A stretch of 64,000 nt of DNA from Candidatus Saccharimonadota bacterium (GCA_028289135.1 JAQGGW010000003.1:2015-66014); one strand, 5' to 3'. Positions 38,692-49,194 are shown, counted from the first letter of the stretch. Program-made: numbers and translations. The notes: generated from the letters alone by a model not told the origin.

Positions 38692-39720
38692 TTATATCAG
38701 ACTAGCTTGGCCATTAGACGGCTTTTTACCAAGGTGTTTGTAGGCCTTTTTTGTGGCTTTGCGGCCCCGGGGCGTGCGTTCGATCAGGCCAATTTGCATC
38801 AAATATGGCTCATAAAAATCTTCGATCGTTGTGGCTTCATCACCTGTTAATGCCGCCAAGGTGTTAAGCCCCACCGGGTTTTCCCCATAATTATCAATCA
38901 TATGGGTCAAAAGCTGCCTGTCGGCCGGATCCAGGCCAAGTTCATCAATATCCAACAGCTCCAGCGCCAGATGGGTTGTAGCAACGTCAATAATTCCATC
39001 GCCATTCACGTCGGCATAGTCACGCACCCGTTTTAGCAGGCGGTTGGCAATCCGGGGTGTCAGGCGGGCGCGGGTCGAAAGCAGCTGGGCGGCTTCTGGG
39101 GCAATTTTATTGTCCAGGATGTTGGCAGAACGCATTATAATCTGGCTAATCTCGTCCGGCGTATAAAACTCATGCCGGTGCATCATGCCAAAACGGTCTC
39201 TAAGCGGAGCGGCCAATGCGCCAGTGCGTGTAGTGGCGCCAATTAAAGTAAATTTCGGCACATCCAAACGCATACTGCGCGCACTAGGGCCTTTGCCGAG
39301 CATAATATCAATCTTGTAGTCTTCCATGGCGCTGTAGAGCACTTCCTCTACGCTACGGTGCAAACGGTGGATCTCGTCAATAAACAAAATGTCGCCGTCC
39401 TGGAGGTTGGTGAGCAAACTGGCCAGATCCCCTGCCTTTTCAATTGCGGGGCCTGATGTTATGCGGATCTGGGCGCCCATTTCGTTGGCAATCACGCTGG
39501 CCATGGTCGTCTTGCCTAGCCCGGGCGGGCCATAAAGCAAGATGTGATCAAGCTGTTCACCGCGCTTTTTAGCGGCATCAATCGCCAGTTTTAAGTTTTT
39601 CTTAAGGTGTTCCTGCCCAATATAGCTAGCAAAATCGCGCGGCCGCAGCGTAACTTCAAACTCAACCTCTTCGGGGTCTTCATTGTCTGTTGTTGTGGTG
39701 ATAATTCGCTCAACCGCCAT
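38692..39720 (-). CDS. ruvB: Holliday junction helicase RuvB
   Basis: [30 protein letters not shown]. Confidence 0.97.
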   Translation of the reverse strand: MAVERIITTTTDNEDPEEVEFEVTLRPRDFASYIGQEHLKKNLKLAIDAAKKRGEQLDHILLYGPPGLGKTTMASVIANEMGAQIRITSGPAIEKAGDLASLLTNLQDGDILFIDEIHRLHRSVEEVLYSAMEDYKIDIMLGKGPSARSMRLDVPKFTLIGATTRTGALAAPLRDRFGMMHRHEFYTPDEISQIIMRSANILDNKIAPEAAQLLSTRARLTPRIANRLLKRVRDYADVNGDGIIDVATTHLALELLDIDELGLDPADRQLLTHMIDNYGENPVGLNTLAALTGDEATTIEDFYEPYLMQIGLIERTPRGRKATKKAYKHLGKKPSNGQASLI

Positions 39721-40605
39721 TTATGCCTCCATGCTCGCCGGATAATCAAGCGGCACTCTGTTTGAAACCACTTTTTGGTTTGGAAATTCTTTGGTCAATT
39801 TATCTATATCGTCCGGATCCATTTCCCAGCCAATAGAACCTAAGTTTTCTTTGAGGTGTTCTAAGCTAGTCGTTTTTGGGATGGTGATAACATTTTTCTG
39901 AGCCAGCACCCAGTTAAGTGCAACTTGGTAAGGCGTTTTATGATACTTTTCGGCCATTTTATGCAAGATTTCCGCATCTTCAAGCGCGCCTTTGGAAAGC
40001 GGGCCCCAAGCTACTATAAAAATATCATTTTCCTGGCAATATTCTAAAACGCCCTTTTCGACAATTTCGCGGTACTCAAGACTGTAATGCACTTGGTTGC
40101 AAACAATTTTATTCGTTGTGCATTCCTGTGCAGCCTTAAGGCGCGGTACGGTAAAGTTAGAAACGCCAATATGTTTTACTTTGCCATCGGCAACCAGTTT
40201 GTCCATGGCACGCATTGTTTCTTTTATATCAAGGCCTGGATCAGGAAAACGATGCAGAAGATAGAGGTCAAGGTATTCAGTGCCGAGTCGTTTAAGACTT
40301 TCCTCGCAAGAGTGGAGAACATTTTCATAACTTTGGTTAAAGCCTATTACCTTTGACGTAATAAAAAGTTTTGAACGATCATAGACCTTAATTGCTTCGG
40401 CAATTAGCTCTTCAGCGTGCCCTGCGCCGTACATTTCGGCGGTATCAATATGGGTTATCCCATGCTCAATAGCATTTTTTATTGCTTGGATTTGAGCCTC
40501 ATCTTTGCTATAGTCAGGCTCCATCCGCCCACCCATTTCCCAAGTTCCAAGGCCATATACCGGCAAACTAAAACCACTTTTAAGTGTCTTCAAAGGTATT
40601 TTCAT
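39721..40605 (-). CDS. Aldo/keto reductase
   Basis: GLGTW, IDTAEMYG, DLYLLH, IGVSNF, IPK. Confidence 0.92.
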   Translation of the reverse strand: MKIPLKTLKSGFSLPVYGLGTWEMGGRMEPDYSKDEAQIQAIKNAIEHGITHIDTAEMYGAGHAEELIAEAIKVYDRSKLFITSKVIGFNQSYENVLHSCEESLKRLGTEYLDLYLLHRFPDPGLDIKETMRAMDKLVADGKVKHIGVSNFTVPRLKAAQECTTNKIVCNQVHYSLEYREIVEKGVLEYCQENDIFIVAWGPLSKGALEDAEILHKMAEKYHKTPYQVALNWVLAQKNVITIPKTTSLEHLKENLGSIGWEMDPDDIDKLTKEFPNQKVVSNRVPLDYPASMEA

Positions 40606-41183
40606 ATGCCGCCCTTTAGCGCTTGTTTGACACGGTTTTCGGTACTTTGGCTTGGGTCAATATTTTTAAGCGCCAGCATGGCGTCAAGTTCGCTGTAGCC
40701 AAGACTCATCAGCGCCTGTGCGGCTTCGTCTTGGGTATCAATGCCGCCGCGCGTCACAATGTCTTCGGCAGAATCTGTCGAGATTAGTCCGACTTTGTCA
40801 CGCAGCTCCACCACAATCTGTTCTGCCGCCCGCTTGCCAACGCCTTTTGCAGTTTGCAGCCGCTTTACGTCGCCGCTGGCAATAGCCGCCCGGACGTCAT
40901 TGGCGCTGCCAATGTCGAGTACACTCATGGCAACTTTCGGGCCCACATTCTTTACACTTAACAGCTGCTCAAAAAGCTTTTTGTCGTCGAGTAGCAAAAA
41001 GCCAAACAAATCGTGCGCTTCTTCTTTAATATTTTCGTGTATATAAAACTTGGTCTTTTCGCCGGTTGTGACTCGGTCGAGGTTATTTAACGTTGTTAAA
41101 ACGCCATAACCAACGCCGGCAATAAGCACCACGGCCTGCTGGCCGATTTTTTCTGAAACAATACCCTCTAAAGTCGCAATCAT
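40602..41183 (-). CDS. ruvA: Holliday junction protein RuvA
   Basis: GVGY, LFGF, VGPK.A, GVGKRAAEQI, ALMSLGY. Confidence 0.95.
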   Translation of the reverse strand: MIATLEGIVSEKIGQQAVVLIAGVGYGVLTTLNNLDRVTTGEKTKFYIHENIKEEAHDLFGFLLLDDKKLFEQLLSVKNVGPKVAMSVLDIGSANDVRAAIASGDVKRLQTAKGVGKRAAEQIVVELRDKVGLISTDSAEDIVTRGGIDTQDEAAQALMSLGYSELDAMLALKNIDPSQSTENRVKQALKGGI

Positions 41184-41261
41184 GTACGCTTATTATCCCA
41201 TACTTCTTACCTTGAGAGAAATTGCCTGCTCAAGCTAAAAGATTTTGTAATATTTCCAGTG

Positions 41262-41735
41262 CTACACTGATAGCGTCATCGAATGAGTGATCGCAGTAGC
41301 CAATGCATCCGCCGCATCATCTGGCTGCGGTACTACTTTTAGCTTTAAAATTACGCGCACCATTTCCTGGATCTGCTTTTTTTCGGCCTTGCCGTAGCCT
41401 GTTAAGGCCTGTTTGATTTGCCCAGGTGTATATTCAGAAATCTTAAGCTTGGCCTGCATTGCGGTCAAAAGCACAACTCCCCTCGCTTGGCTGACAGTCA
41501 TAGCTGTCGTGACGTTTTGGCTAAAAAAAAGTTTTTCAACAGCCATTTCACTCGGTTTCGTCTGAGCAATTATATCTGTTAATTCTTCATAAATTGTCAA
41601 AAGCCGCACAGCGTCATCTTCTTTAACTGGAGTACGTATGACACCGGCATCAACCAAGCTAATCTTGCCCTTAACCACGTCCACAATTCCAAACCCTAAT
41701 ATTCCTGTGCCCGGGTCAATGCCAATAATTCTCAT
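41262..41735 (-). CDS. ruvC: Holliday junction resolvase RuvC
   Basis: IIGIDPG, VEKLFF, QARG, GYGKAEK, DDAADALA. Confidence 0.96.
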   Translation of the reverse strand: MRIIGIDPGTGILGFGIVDVVKGKISLVDAGVIRTPVKEDDAVRLLTIYEELTDIIAQTKPSEMAVEKLFFSQNVTTAMTVSQARGVVLLTAMQAKLKISEYTPGQIKQALTGYGKAEKKQIQEMVRVILKLKVVPQPDDAADALATAITHSMTLSV

Positions 41736-42133
41736 AGTCGTTTTTGAATATTCTTTTTCAGCACTGTAAGTACGTAGCCAAGGATAACGGAAGCAACCGA
41801 CCAAATTAACCAGTCCACATAAAACTGCCAGGTTTTAACTGCGCTTTTAAAAATGTTTAGTGCACCTGGGTCTGGTTGTATTGCCAAACAATCAACATTA
41901 CCGATACTATTGCTTACCAGATGAGCCTTTATCGGCAGACCGGCATCCACACGAACGACATCGCTAGTATATTGTTGAGTATTTAAATTTATACCCAAAC
42001 ATATACCTCCCGATATACCGAGGCCATTATCTGGCGCGACGGGTTGAATTGGAGAAAAGTCATTAGAAAAGTTAAAAAAGAAGAGAGTAATCCCTAGCCC
42101 CAAAATAACAGATATTATTACTAATTTACGCAT
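41732..42133 (-). CDS. Hypothetical membrane protein
   Basis: N- and C-terminal TM segments, AT-rich, ATGA overlap with ruvC. Confidence 0.6.
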   Translation of the reverse strand: MRKLVIISVILGLGITLFFFNFSNDFSPIQPVAPDNGLGISGGICLGINLNTQQYTSDVVRVDAGLPIKAHLVSNSIGNVDCLAIQPDPGALNIFKSAVKTWQFYVDWLIWSVASVILGYVLTVLKKNIQKRL

Positions 42134-42164
42134 GACTTCACTATAACAGTTTCTACTTTGGAAA

Positions 42165-42878
42165 TTATACAGCGATGTCGAAGTTGGTGTGGGTTGCTGT
42201 AACGTCTTGGAGTTCGTCTAATGAGTCCATTAAACGTTCAATTTTGCCAGCAGTTTCAGTGTCGGTGATTTCAATCGTGTTGGTTGGTTCATAAGACAGT
42301 TCGGCATCGATTACTTCCAGCCCGGCTGCTTTTAACGCGTCGCGGACTTTCGCCAGTTCTTTTTGGTCAGTGTAGATAATAGACTCTTCGCCTGCTTCCT
42401 GGACGTCCTCAGCCCCTGCGTCCAGTGCGCTAAGCATTAAGTCATCACCAGTGCCTTTTACACGGATAATTCCACGGTGGGCAAACTGGAAGGCCACGGC
42501 GCCTTTTTCGGCGATGCTGCCGCCGTGTTTTGAAAACGCAAACTTAACTTCTGGATAGGTTCGGTTTAGGTTGTCGGTTGCGCACTCCACCAAAATCGCC
42601 ACGCCGCCCGGGCCGTAGCCTTCATACATGACTTCCATAAGCTGGGCAGCGCCTTTGTCGGACACGCGCTTTATGGCGCGCTCGATGTTTGCCAGCGGCA
42701 TGTTGGCAGCCTTAGCCTTTTCGATTGCCATGGCAAGGCTCGCGTTCATGGTTGGGTCGGTGCCGCCGCGGGCTGCAACCGCGATTTGATTGCCGATGCG
42801 TGTAAATACCGCGCCGCGTTTTGCGTCCGTTAAGCCTTTGGCTCTTTTAATCGTTGACCACTTGGAGTGTCCGCTCAT
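42165..42878 (-). CDS. yebC: YebC/PmpR-family protein
   Basis: MSGHSKWSTIKR, YEGYGPGG, TDN.NRT; AGGAG SD. Confidence 0.95.
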   Translation of the reverse strand: MSGHSKWSTIKRAKGLTDAKRGAVFTRIGNQIAVAARGGTDPTMNASLAMAIEKAKAANMPLANIERAIKRVSDKGAAQLMEVMYEGYGPGGVAILVECATDNLNRTYPEVKFAFSKHGGSIAEKGAVAFQFAHRGIIRVKGTGDDLMLSALDAGAEDVQEAGEESIIYTDQKELAKVRDALKAAGLEVIDAELSYEPTNTIEITDTETAGKIERLMDSLDELQDVTATHTNFDIAV

Positions 42879-42895
42879 AATTCTCCTTATGTGCG

Positions 42896-43016
42896 CGCCT
42901 TTGTATGCGGCATATTTTGGGCGGATAGCTCCGGGCTTGGCTGCTACGTACTTTCCTGTACGTTTCCGCCGAAGTCCTCGCTCTCCATCCCAAACTATGC
43001 TCGCCCACAAAACCGC
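42896..43016. repeat. Intergenic palindromic element
   Basis: Imperfect arms tttgtatgcggcatattttggg/cccaaactatgctcgcccacaaa; central acgtac-tttcct-gtacgt hairpin. Confidence 0.55.
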
Positions 43017-43023
43017 TTAACAT

Positions 43024-44484
43024 CTAATTCTGTAGGATCGTTTCAGGATTTACATCTGTTATAGTATCACTTTTGCGATTTTTACGCCAGAGCACGATCA
43101 GAACCAATACCATTGCCGCGTACATAATAATCATACCCATAAGGCTCACTGTGACAGAGATTTTCATATGCGGAACCCTAGCAAACATCGTCGCCATTTC
43201 TAGCAGATAAGTCAGCACCCAACGCGCCGGGAACGCCAGCCAGCCGGCAATTGGCGCAATAAACATCCCGGCCAGCCCGGCGATAAAGCTCAGCAGCATT
43301 GCCAGCGGAATTAGCGGCACGACCAAAATGTTGGCCGGCAGCGCGATAAAGCTGGAAGTCTTAAAAATATATAAAATAATCGGCACCGTCATAATCTGTG
43401 CCGAAAGTGTTTCCATAATAAGCTCACCAATAATCCCTCGCGGCTCCCCGCTAAACAAGCGGTGGCGGACAAGCGGCCCCAAAATTAAAACGCCAAAGAA
43501 TGCGAGGAATGACAAATACCAGCCGATGTCCGACCATATATAAAGCGGATTCCACAGCGCTGTTAAAGCAGCCGCAAACAGAATTAACAGCAGCGGTTTT
43601 ATTGTCCGGCCATAATACCAAGCGCCCAAACTTAAAGAGCTAATTATTGCCGCGCGGACGATCGACGCGCTTAGGCCTGTTACTAATAAAAATCCAAGGA
43701 TTAATGCTTGCGATCCGACAAAAGTTTGGAACTTTGACCAACGTCCAAAAATTTTCTTGCCAGCGCGCATCATAATTGTCAGGTTATAGCCCGACACCGC
43801 GATGATATGACTCAGCCCAACGGCGGCCAAGATTGTCGTAATGGTCGCTGGCAGTGTGTTGCGCTGCCCAATCAAAAGCCCGAGCGCAAAGGATGCCAAA
43901 GGTTCCGGTAAAGTGTTTTGCAACCCCACCGTAAAGTGCCGCGTGATGCTATAGGCAACCGAATGCGACTGCCCGGTTATATTAAAATTTGAGTAGCTTA
44001 AATACGCCACAACCGAGCCGCGCGCCGGATAAAACTTGCCCGTAACCGTAATGTGATCACCTCTAAAGACCATGTTTTCGCCAAAACCAGACACGCCAAT
44101 TTTGCCAACAATATTTTTCTGATACGGCTCCTCCAAATGCAGGTTGCCAACATCAAAACTCAGCTGCGAGTTTTTGCCATACACCCCGTCTGTTAAAACC
44201 GTCCCTGTTACTGTCACGCTACGTTTGCTAAGGCCCGCAAGCTCACGAACATGTGCCATATACACCCCGCCGCGACACCAACCAAGCGTAAATCCAAAAA
44301 TTATAACTGCGTACAAAGAAAACAGCCGGGCCCTGCGGAAGCTTAGCAGTACCAAAGCCGCTAAGATCCATATGTAAACAAAAGAAAGCGCTGGCGCAAA
44401 CCGCGCCCAGCCAAGCCCCAACAAAACCGTGCCAAACAATACTGTTAATCTGGTCGTGCGCCGGTATGTTCTCTGAGCTTTCAT
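43024..44484 (-). CDS. comEC: ComEC/Rec2 competence protein (no beta-lactamase domain)
   Basis: GLSHIIAVSGYN, SIVRA, GWYLSF, ANILVVP. Confidence 0.9.
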   Translation of the reverse strand: MKAQRTYRRTTRLTVLFGTVLLGLGWARFAPALSFVYIWILAALVLLSFRRARLFSLYAVIIFGFTLGWCRGGVYMAHVRELAGLSKRSVTVTGTVLTDGVYGKNSQLSFDVGNLHLEEPYQKNIVGKIGVSGFGENMVFRGDHITVTGKFYPARGSVVAYLSYSNFNITGQSHSVAYSITRHFTVGLQNTLPEPLASFALGLLIGQRNTLPATITTILAAVGLSHIIAVSGYNLTIMMRAGKKIFGRWSKFQTFVGSQALILGFLLVTGLSASIVRAAIISSLSLGAWYYGRTIKPLLLILFAAALTALWNPLYIWSDIGWYLSFLAFFGVLILGPLVRHRLFSGEPRGIIGELIMETLSAQIMTVPIILYIFKTSSFIALPANILVVPLIPLAMLLSFIAGLAGMFIAPIAGWLAFPARWVLTYLLEMATMFARVPHMKISVTVSLMGMIIMYAAMVLVLIVLWRKNRKSDTITDVNPETILQN

Positions 44485-44553
44485 TACAGAGATAATAAAA
44501 CCTTGAGGCTATAATCCAAAGCATGAGCAAAACAAATTATTTATAACTTCGAA

Positions 44554-45741
44554 CTAATAAGACCAGACAGCAGCCCAATCAACTTCCAGATGTCCGTCTT
44601 GCGTGCACGTCGAAGGCGTCACTTGGTCGCACGTTGTCTTGGTTTCAGTCTGCAACTGCCAGCGTTCAGGCCCTGCCCATACAAAGCTTGTCGAACTGCC
44701 CACCTGTACGCCATCAAGATAATATTTTCTTTGGCCCGGCGACCATTCCTGGGTGTATGTATGCCACTGGGTGCGGTTCGCGCCGATTCCACTAATGGCT
44801 GTTTGATGCGAAGCACCGCCGCCGTCACAATAATGCGCAAAAGCACTAACTGTCGTATTGCCAAGAGCTCCTTCAGGATAGTCACTTTCGGCGCATGAGC
44901 CATTGGAGTTACTGCTCGGCCAAAGCAACCAGGCCTGGTAAAACTCACTTAGGTTTGAGGTTGTAGTCCTAAAGCGGATTTCATAACGGCCATATGTCTG
45001 GTATTCACTGCCGCCAGGCAAAACTGGAGAAGGGCTAGCTCCGGCAGGTACACCATCAACGTTATGCAGCCAAAAATCCAATACCCCATTATGAACACTT
45101 AGCACCTGGTCTGAACGATACTTCCGGCTTTGGTAGGTATCTTTATAGCAAGAAGGGTACGACTTCCACGGTGTCCCGCTTGCCCCCGTATAGTTAATAG
45201 TTGTTGTGCAGGTGGAGTTTCCCCAGGATCCTAATGCAGCATCTTTCGTGAAATTCTCATTAACTATTTGGTGCCACGTATGTCCACTGCTTGAAACATC
45301 ACCCGACGGTGCGCATTGCCCACTTGGGCAGGTCACGGTTGGGGCTGGAGTGGGTACCGGCGTTGGAATTGGGGCTGGAGTGGGTGTAGGAGTTGGGGTA
45401 GGCGTAGTTGAAGGCGCGGGCGTAGTCGTCGTGCCTCCCGGCTGTGAACCAGATCCAGTTGCCGGAGTTGGCGTAGTCGTAGTTTCTTTTTTCTCTGCAA
45501 CCGAACCAGTTGAAGGTTTTGGAGGCGTATTTGCCGTATCTGCCGGTATACCATTTATACCCGATTGCTGCTGTGTAATAACCGACATTACACTTCCGGT
45601 GACACCGCTCATTGATGAAATTAAATGTTTACCAAATAGCGGATATACCAGAGCTGAGGTAATTACTATTAATACAAGAGCCGTGGCCCCTAATGAGAAT
45701 AACCTCAGATGATTACTAACTATTTTTAAATACTTTTTCAT
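44554..45741 (-). CDS. Membrane-anchored GH16-like glycoside hydrolase with Pro/Thr linker
   Basis: N-terminal TM, PT repeats, YGRYEIRF, WLLWP, ESDYPE (ExDxxE), WHTY..EW, YYLDG. Confidence 0.75.
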   Translation of the reverse strand: MKKYLKIVSNHLRLFSLGATALVLIVITSALVYPLFGKHLISSMSGVTGSVMSVITQQQSGINGIPADTANTPPKPSTGSVAEKKETTTTPTPATGSGSQPGGTTTTPAPSTTPTPTPTPTPAPIPTPVPTPAPTVTCPSGQCAPSGDVSSSGHTWHQIVNENFTKDAALGSWGNSTCTTTINYTGASGTPWKSYPSCYKDTYQSRKYRSDQVLSVHNGVLDFWLHNVDGVPAGASPSPVLPGGSEYQTYGRYEIRFRTTTSNLSEFYQAWLLWPSSNSNGSCAESDYPEGALGNTTVSAFAHYCDGGGASHQTAISGIGANRTQWHTYTQEWSPGQRKYYLDGVQVGSSTSFVWAGPERWQLQTETKTTCDQVTPSTCTQDGHLEVDWAAVWSY

Positions 45742-45886
45742 TTTTATTTTTGTTGTTACAACATATATTATACATTATAATTGCAAGACTTTAAATATCG
45801 CGCATAACTAAAAAGCTTAAGATTGACTTTTTTATCAAAAAAACAGATAATAACCCCTGTATTTCGTATATGGCTAGTCCATTTGC

Positions 45887-46009
45887 GGGCCCGTAGCTCA
45901 GCTGGTTAGAGTGAGAACTGCCAGCGGCAGTTCGGAAACGAATCTTCCGATGAAAACTTGTTTTCAATCGCGAAGTTCGGGGGTCGCGGAACGTGACCCT
46001 GCCTTTTAA
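45887..46009 (+). pseudogene. Duplicated 5' half of tRNA-Lys interrupted by structured element copy 2
   Basis: 45887-45911 identical to tRNA-Lys nt 1-25; cctgccttttaa at 45998-46009; no 3' half. Confidence 0.8.
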
Positions 46010-46048
46010 CGAAATACAATGTACTTTTCCATTAAATCCACTATATGT

Positions 46049-46125
46049 GGGCCCGTAGCTCAGCTGGTTAGAGCACCTGCCTTTTAAGCAGGGTGTCGTG
46101 AGTTCAAGTCTCACCGGGCCCTCCA
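46049..46125 (+). tRNA. tRNA-Lys(UUU)
   Basis: GGGCCCG/CGGGCCC acceptor, CCTGC-CT-TTT-AA-GCAGG, TTCAA, TCCA. Confidence 0.95.
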
Positions 46126-46161
46126 CGAAAAAAGACTTATAGCAAGATAGGTCTTTTTTCG
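46126..46161 (+). terminator. Intrinsic terminator
   Basis: cgaaaaaagacttat...ataggtcttttttcg. Confidence 0.7.
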
Positions 46162-46226
46162 TGAGTAAGAACCGCAAATTACAAATATATATCGGGCAGC
46201 TGCTCTACTTTTGATATACTTATGCC

Positions 46227-46817
46227 ATGCTTTTAAAAATCTATCAAACTGGACAGCCAGTCCTTAGAAATAATTCAAATAAAGTTAGTATAGATAAGCT
46301 TAATAAAAAGGAAACTCAGCAGCTTATTGATTTAATGATTGAAACGCTAAGAGACTCACCGGGTGTAGGTCTAGCTGCTCCGCAAGTTGGAGAACCATTA
46401 AGAATATTAATCGTCGAAGACTTGGCCAAATATCATGAGCAAATACCCATTGATGTTCTTAAGTCCCAAGAGCGTAAACCTGTGAAGCTAAAAGTATTTG
46501 TTAACCCTGAATTAGAAGTTATTGAGCAGGAAGAAGCATTATTTTTTGAAGGCTGCTTAAGCGTAGACGGCTATGTTGCAGCTGTGCCTAGAGCTAAAAC
46601 AGTAAAAATAGATGCCGTCGACCGGTACGGTAAACCTATTAGCTATACTGCAAAGGGTTGGTTTGCGAGGATCTTACAGCATGAATACGATCACTTAAAT
46701 GGCACTCTGATGATTGATCGAATGAAAACTAATAGCTTTATGAACCAAAAGAATTTCAATAGTTTATGGCGTAAGGCTCTGCCAAGTAAAATAAAGAAAG
46801 AATTTGGCAACCAGTAG
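46227..46817 (+). CDS. def: Peptide deformylase
   Basis: GVGLAAPQVG, EGCLS, QHEYDHLNG. Confidence 0.96.
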   Translation: MLLKIYQTGQPVLRNNSNKVSIDKLNKKETQQLIDLMIETLRDSPGVGLAAPQVGEPLRILIVEDLAKYHEQIPIDVLKSQERKPVKLKVFVNPELEVIEQEEALFFEGCLSVDGYVAAVPRAKTVKIDAVDRYGKPISYTAKGWFARILQHEYDHLNGTLMIDRMKTNSFMNQKNFNSLWRKALPSKIKKEFGNQ

Positions 46818-46887
46818 CTTTTTACTATTATGTATCTGTTAAATTTTACTACTAACACTGAGATGATTTTTGTTTATTAAGATTAAA

Positions 46888-47862
46888 CTACCGGTTAACG
46901 GTCGACATGTCAGGATAGCGCTGGCCAATTGCAAAACCTTTGGGCGCTACTTCATCAATTGCACCCAGCTCATCTTCGGTTAACGAAATTTCGGTAGCGG
47001 CAATGTTATCTTCTAAATAATTTATATGTTTGGTGCCAGGAATAGGCACAATATCTTCGCCCTGGGCCAACACCCATGCCAAAGCCAACTGTGCCGCCGT
47101 TACGCCTTTTTCGTGGGCAATTTCTTGAATTTTGGCCACCACGTCTAAATTCTTGTGAAAGTTTTCGCCCAAGAAACGCGGCCAGCGCCGGCGGCTGTCG
47201 TCTGGTTCCAGGTCATCAATAGTTTTAATCTGCCCAGTTAAAAACCCACGGCCCAGCGGGCTGTAGGCCACAAAGCCAATTCCAAGCTCACGCACCAGCT
47301 CCAGCAATTCGTCTTCCGGCTCTCGTGACCACAAACTGTATTCGGTTTGCAGGGCTGTAATAGTATGGACTTTTGCTGCCCGGCGGATTGTCTCGGGAGC
47401 AGCCTCGCTCATGCCGATATATCGTACCTTTCCTTCTTTAACCAAATCCGCCATAGCCTGGATTGTTTCCTCGATCGGTACGTTTGGATCAACCCGGTGT
47501 TGGTAATACAGGTCAATATGGTCAACTCCCAAACGCTTCAGACTATCTTCGCATGATTTCTTTACGTATTCCGGTTTTCCGTTAACCCCCAAAAATGACC
47601 CATCTTGCCCGCGTTCGTTCCCAAACTTAGTCGCCAACACAACCTCATTACGCCGGTCTTTAATTGCCTTGCCGACCAACATTTCATTTGTAAACGGCCC
47701 GTACATATCGGCAGTGTCCAAGAAGTTAATACCGTGATCCAGCGCGTAAGCAATGGTTTCGAGCGCCGACTTTTCGTCCCGCCCACCATAAAACTCACTC
47801 ATGCCCATACAGCCAAGCCCTATTTCTGATACCAATAGATCGCCCAGTTTTCGTTGCTTCAT
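46888..47862 (-). CDS. Aldo/keto reductase
   Basis: [36 protein letters not shown]. Confidence 0.93.
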   Translation of the reverse strand: MKQRKLGDLLVSEIGLGCMGMSEFYGGRDEKSALETIAYALDHGINFLDTADMYGPFTNEMLVGKAIKDRRNEVVLATKFGNERGQDGSFLGVNGKPEYVKKSCEDSLKRLGVDHIDLYYQHRVDPNVPIEETIQAMADLVKEGKVRYIGMSEAAPETIRRAAKVHTITALQTEYSLWSREPEDELLELVRELGIGFVAYSPLGRGFLTGQIKTIDDLEPDDSRRRWPRFLGENFHKNLDVVAKIQEIAHEKGVTAAQLALAWVLAQGEDIVPIPGTKHINYLEDNIAATEISLTEDELGAIDEVAPKGFAIGQRYPDMSTVNR

Positions 47863-47947
47863 TCTAAATTCCCCTTACCCTTATATAATACCTTTTCCTT
47901 GTTTTTAAGGAGGCACGATATCGTACACGGACTGCTACAATAGGACC

Positions 47948-48691
47948 ATGAACATCTCTGTTTTGCAGTGGAATATTTGGTACAAAGAAGACGTTAGAAA
48001 AATTGTCGAATTTTTAAAAGAAAATCCAGCGGATATTATCTGTTTGCAAGAACTTCCAATAAACTATGCGACATCGGTAGTTAAAGATAGCCCAGAATAT
48101 ATAGCCCGCGAACTTGGTTATAACTTTTTTTATAAAGATCTGCCTATAGAAGACACTGACGGTCTACACAGAACTCTAGCAAATGGTATTTTTAGTAAGT
48201 TTCCAATAAAAAGTTCACGGTTTGCATGGACGAAGGAGTCAACCGGAAAGCTAGGGTATGATGATGAGTCCAGGGCATATGTAGAAGTCGTGCTGGATAT
48301 TAATGGCAATGACATTACAGTGGGCACAACGCACATGTCATACACGCACGATTTTGCACCAAACGAGAGCAAAAAGAAAGAAACCGACATGCTGCTTAAA
48401 GAACTTAAACAAAAATCAGAAGCATACATATTCGCCGCCGACCTAAACGCCCTGCCCGGTTCCTACACCATAGATTCCATTTCTAACCTCATGCAAAACG
48501 CTAGCCCAAGCCTTGACCAAAAAACCTGGACCACCAAACCATTCAGCTACAACGGCTTTGAAGCAAACTCGCTCGGTTGGCGGCTTGATTATATTTTTAC
48601 GACCAAAGATATTAAGCTCATCGAGAGTAAAATCTTGCATACTGAATACTCCGACCACTTGCCTGTTTTTGCTTACTTAGAAGTAAACTGA
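47948..48691 (+). CDS. Endonuclease/exonuclease/phosphatase-family protein
   Basis: WNI, DIICLQE, TH, ADLN, LDYIF, SDHLPV. Confidence 0.9.
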   Translation: MNISVLQWNIWYKEDVRKIVEFLKENPADIICLQELPINYATSVVKDSPEYIARELGYNFFYKDLPIEDTDGLHRTLANGIFSKFPIKSSRFAWTKESTGKLGYDDESRAYVEVVLDINGNDITVGTTHMSYTHDFAPNESKKKETDMLLKELKQKSEAYIFAADLNALPGSYTIDSISNLMQNASPSLDQKTWTTKPFSYNGFEANSLGWRLDYIFTTKDIKLIESKILHTEYSDHLPVFAYLEVN

Positions 48692-48732
48692 ATTTATTGA
48701 CAGGTACGCACCAAGTGCTAAGCTTACAACAA

Positions 48733-49194
48733 ATGAAACAACCAAAATCCTCAGCAAACTACGTCGTTGGGCCAAATCTTCAAAAATTATTTATCTGGCT
48801 CGCCATCGCAAGCTTTTTATCCGCGATCGCAGTGAATGTTTATATTATTGCGCAGCAGTTGCATTACTTTAATCACCTTAGCAACCTGATTCTTCAAACC
48901 AGTTTCTATACCGTCGGTCCTGCTGTGATGTTTTTTATCGCCTATTTAACCTCAGGCAAAGATCGAAACACCCGTGCATCTATGTTTGAAAATTTTTTAC
49001 TTGTAAGCATAGGTGGCTTTATTTTTGGAGTTTTGAGTGTGTTGCATACATTTACAATACAAAGTTGGCTGAATCATAATAATACAAGCTATGCGATTTC
49101 TGCCCGGTATAGTCTTATCCCTACCTTTTTGACATTATTTTTCTATACTTTAATCATTATAAAATTTAGATCCAGCCCTAAAAAATCAGTCTAA
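48733..49194 (+). CDS. Four-TM hypothetical protein
   Basis: Hydrophobic ORF; start uncertain. Confidence 0.6.
   Translation: MKQPKSSANYVVGPNLQKLFIWLAIASFLSAIAVNVYIIAQQLHYFNHLSNLILQTSFYTVGPAVMFFIAYLTSGKDRNTRASMFENFLLVSIGGFIFGVLSVLHTFTIQSWLNHNNTSYAISARYSLIPTFLTLFFYTLIIIKFRSSPKKSV

Noticed and set aside
42879..43010. N-terminal extension of YebC in the ORF track
   Set aside because: Conserved start MSGHSKW with SD at 42878; the extension is read-through of a palindrome
45340..45480. Low-complexity repeats in the GH16-like gene as a phase-variable tract
   Set aside because: Codon-degenerate Pro/Thr linker, not a perfect simple-sequence repeat
45911..45999. Group I/II or spliceable intron in tRNA-Lys
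   Set aside because: Too short for a ribozyme core, and the interrupted copy has no 3' half of its own
45887..46073. 25-bp direct repeat as a CRISPR array or prophage attL/attR pair
   Set aside because: Only two copies, both tRNA 5' sequence; no cas or integrase gene; only ~140 bp between them
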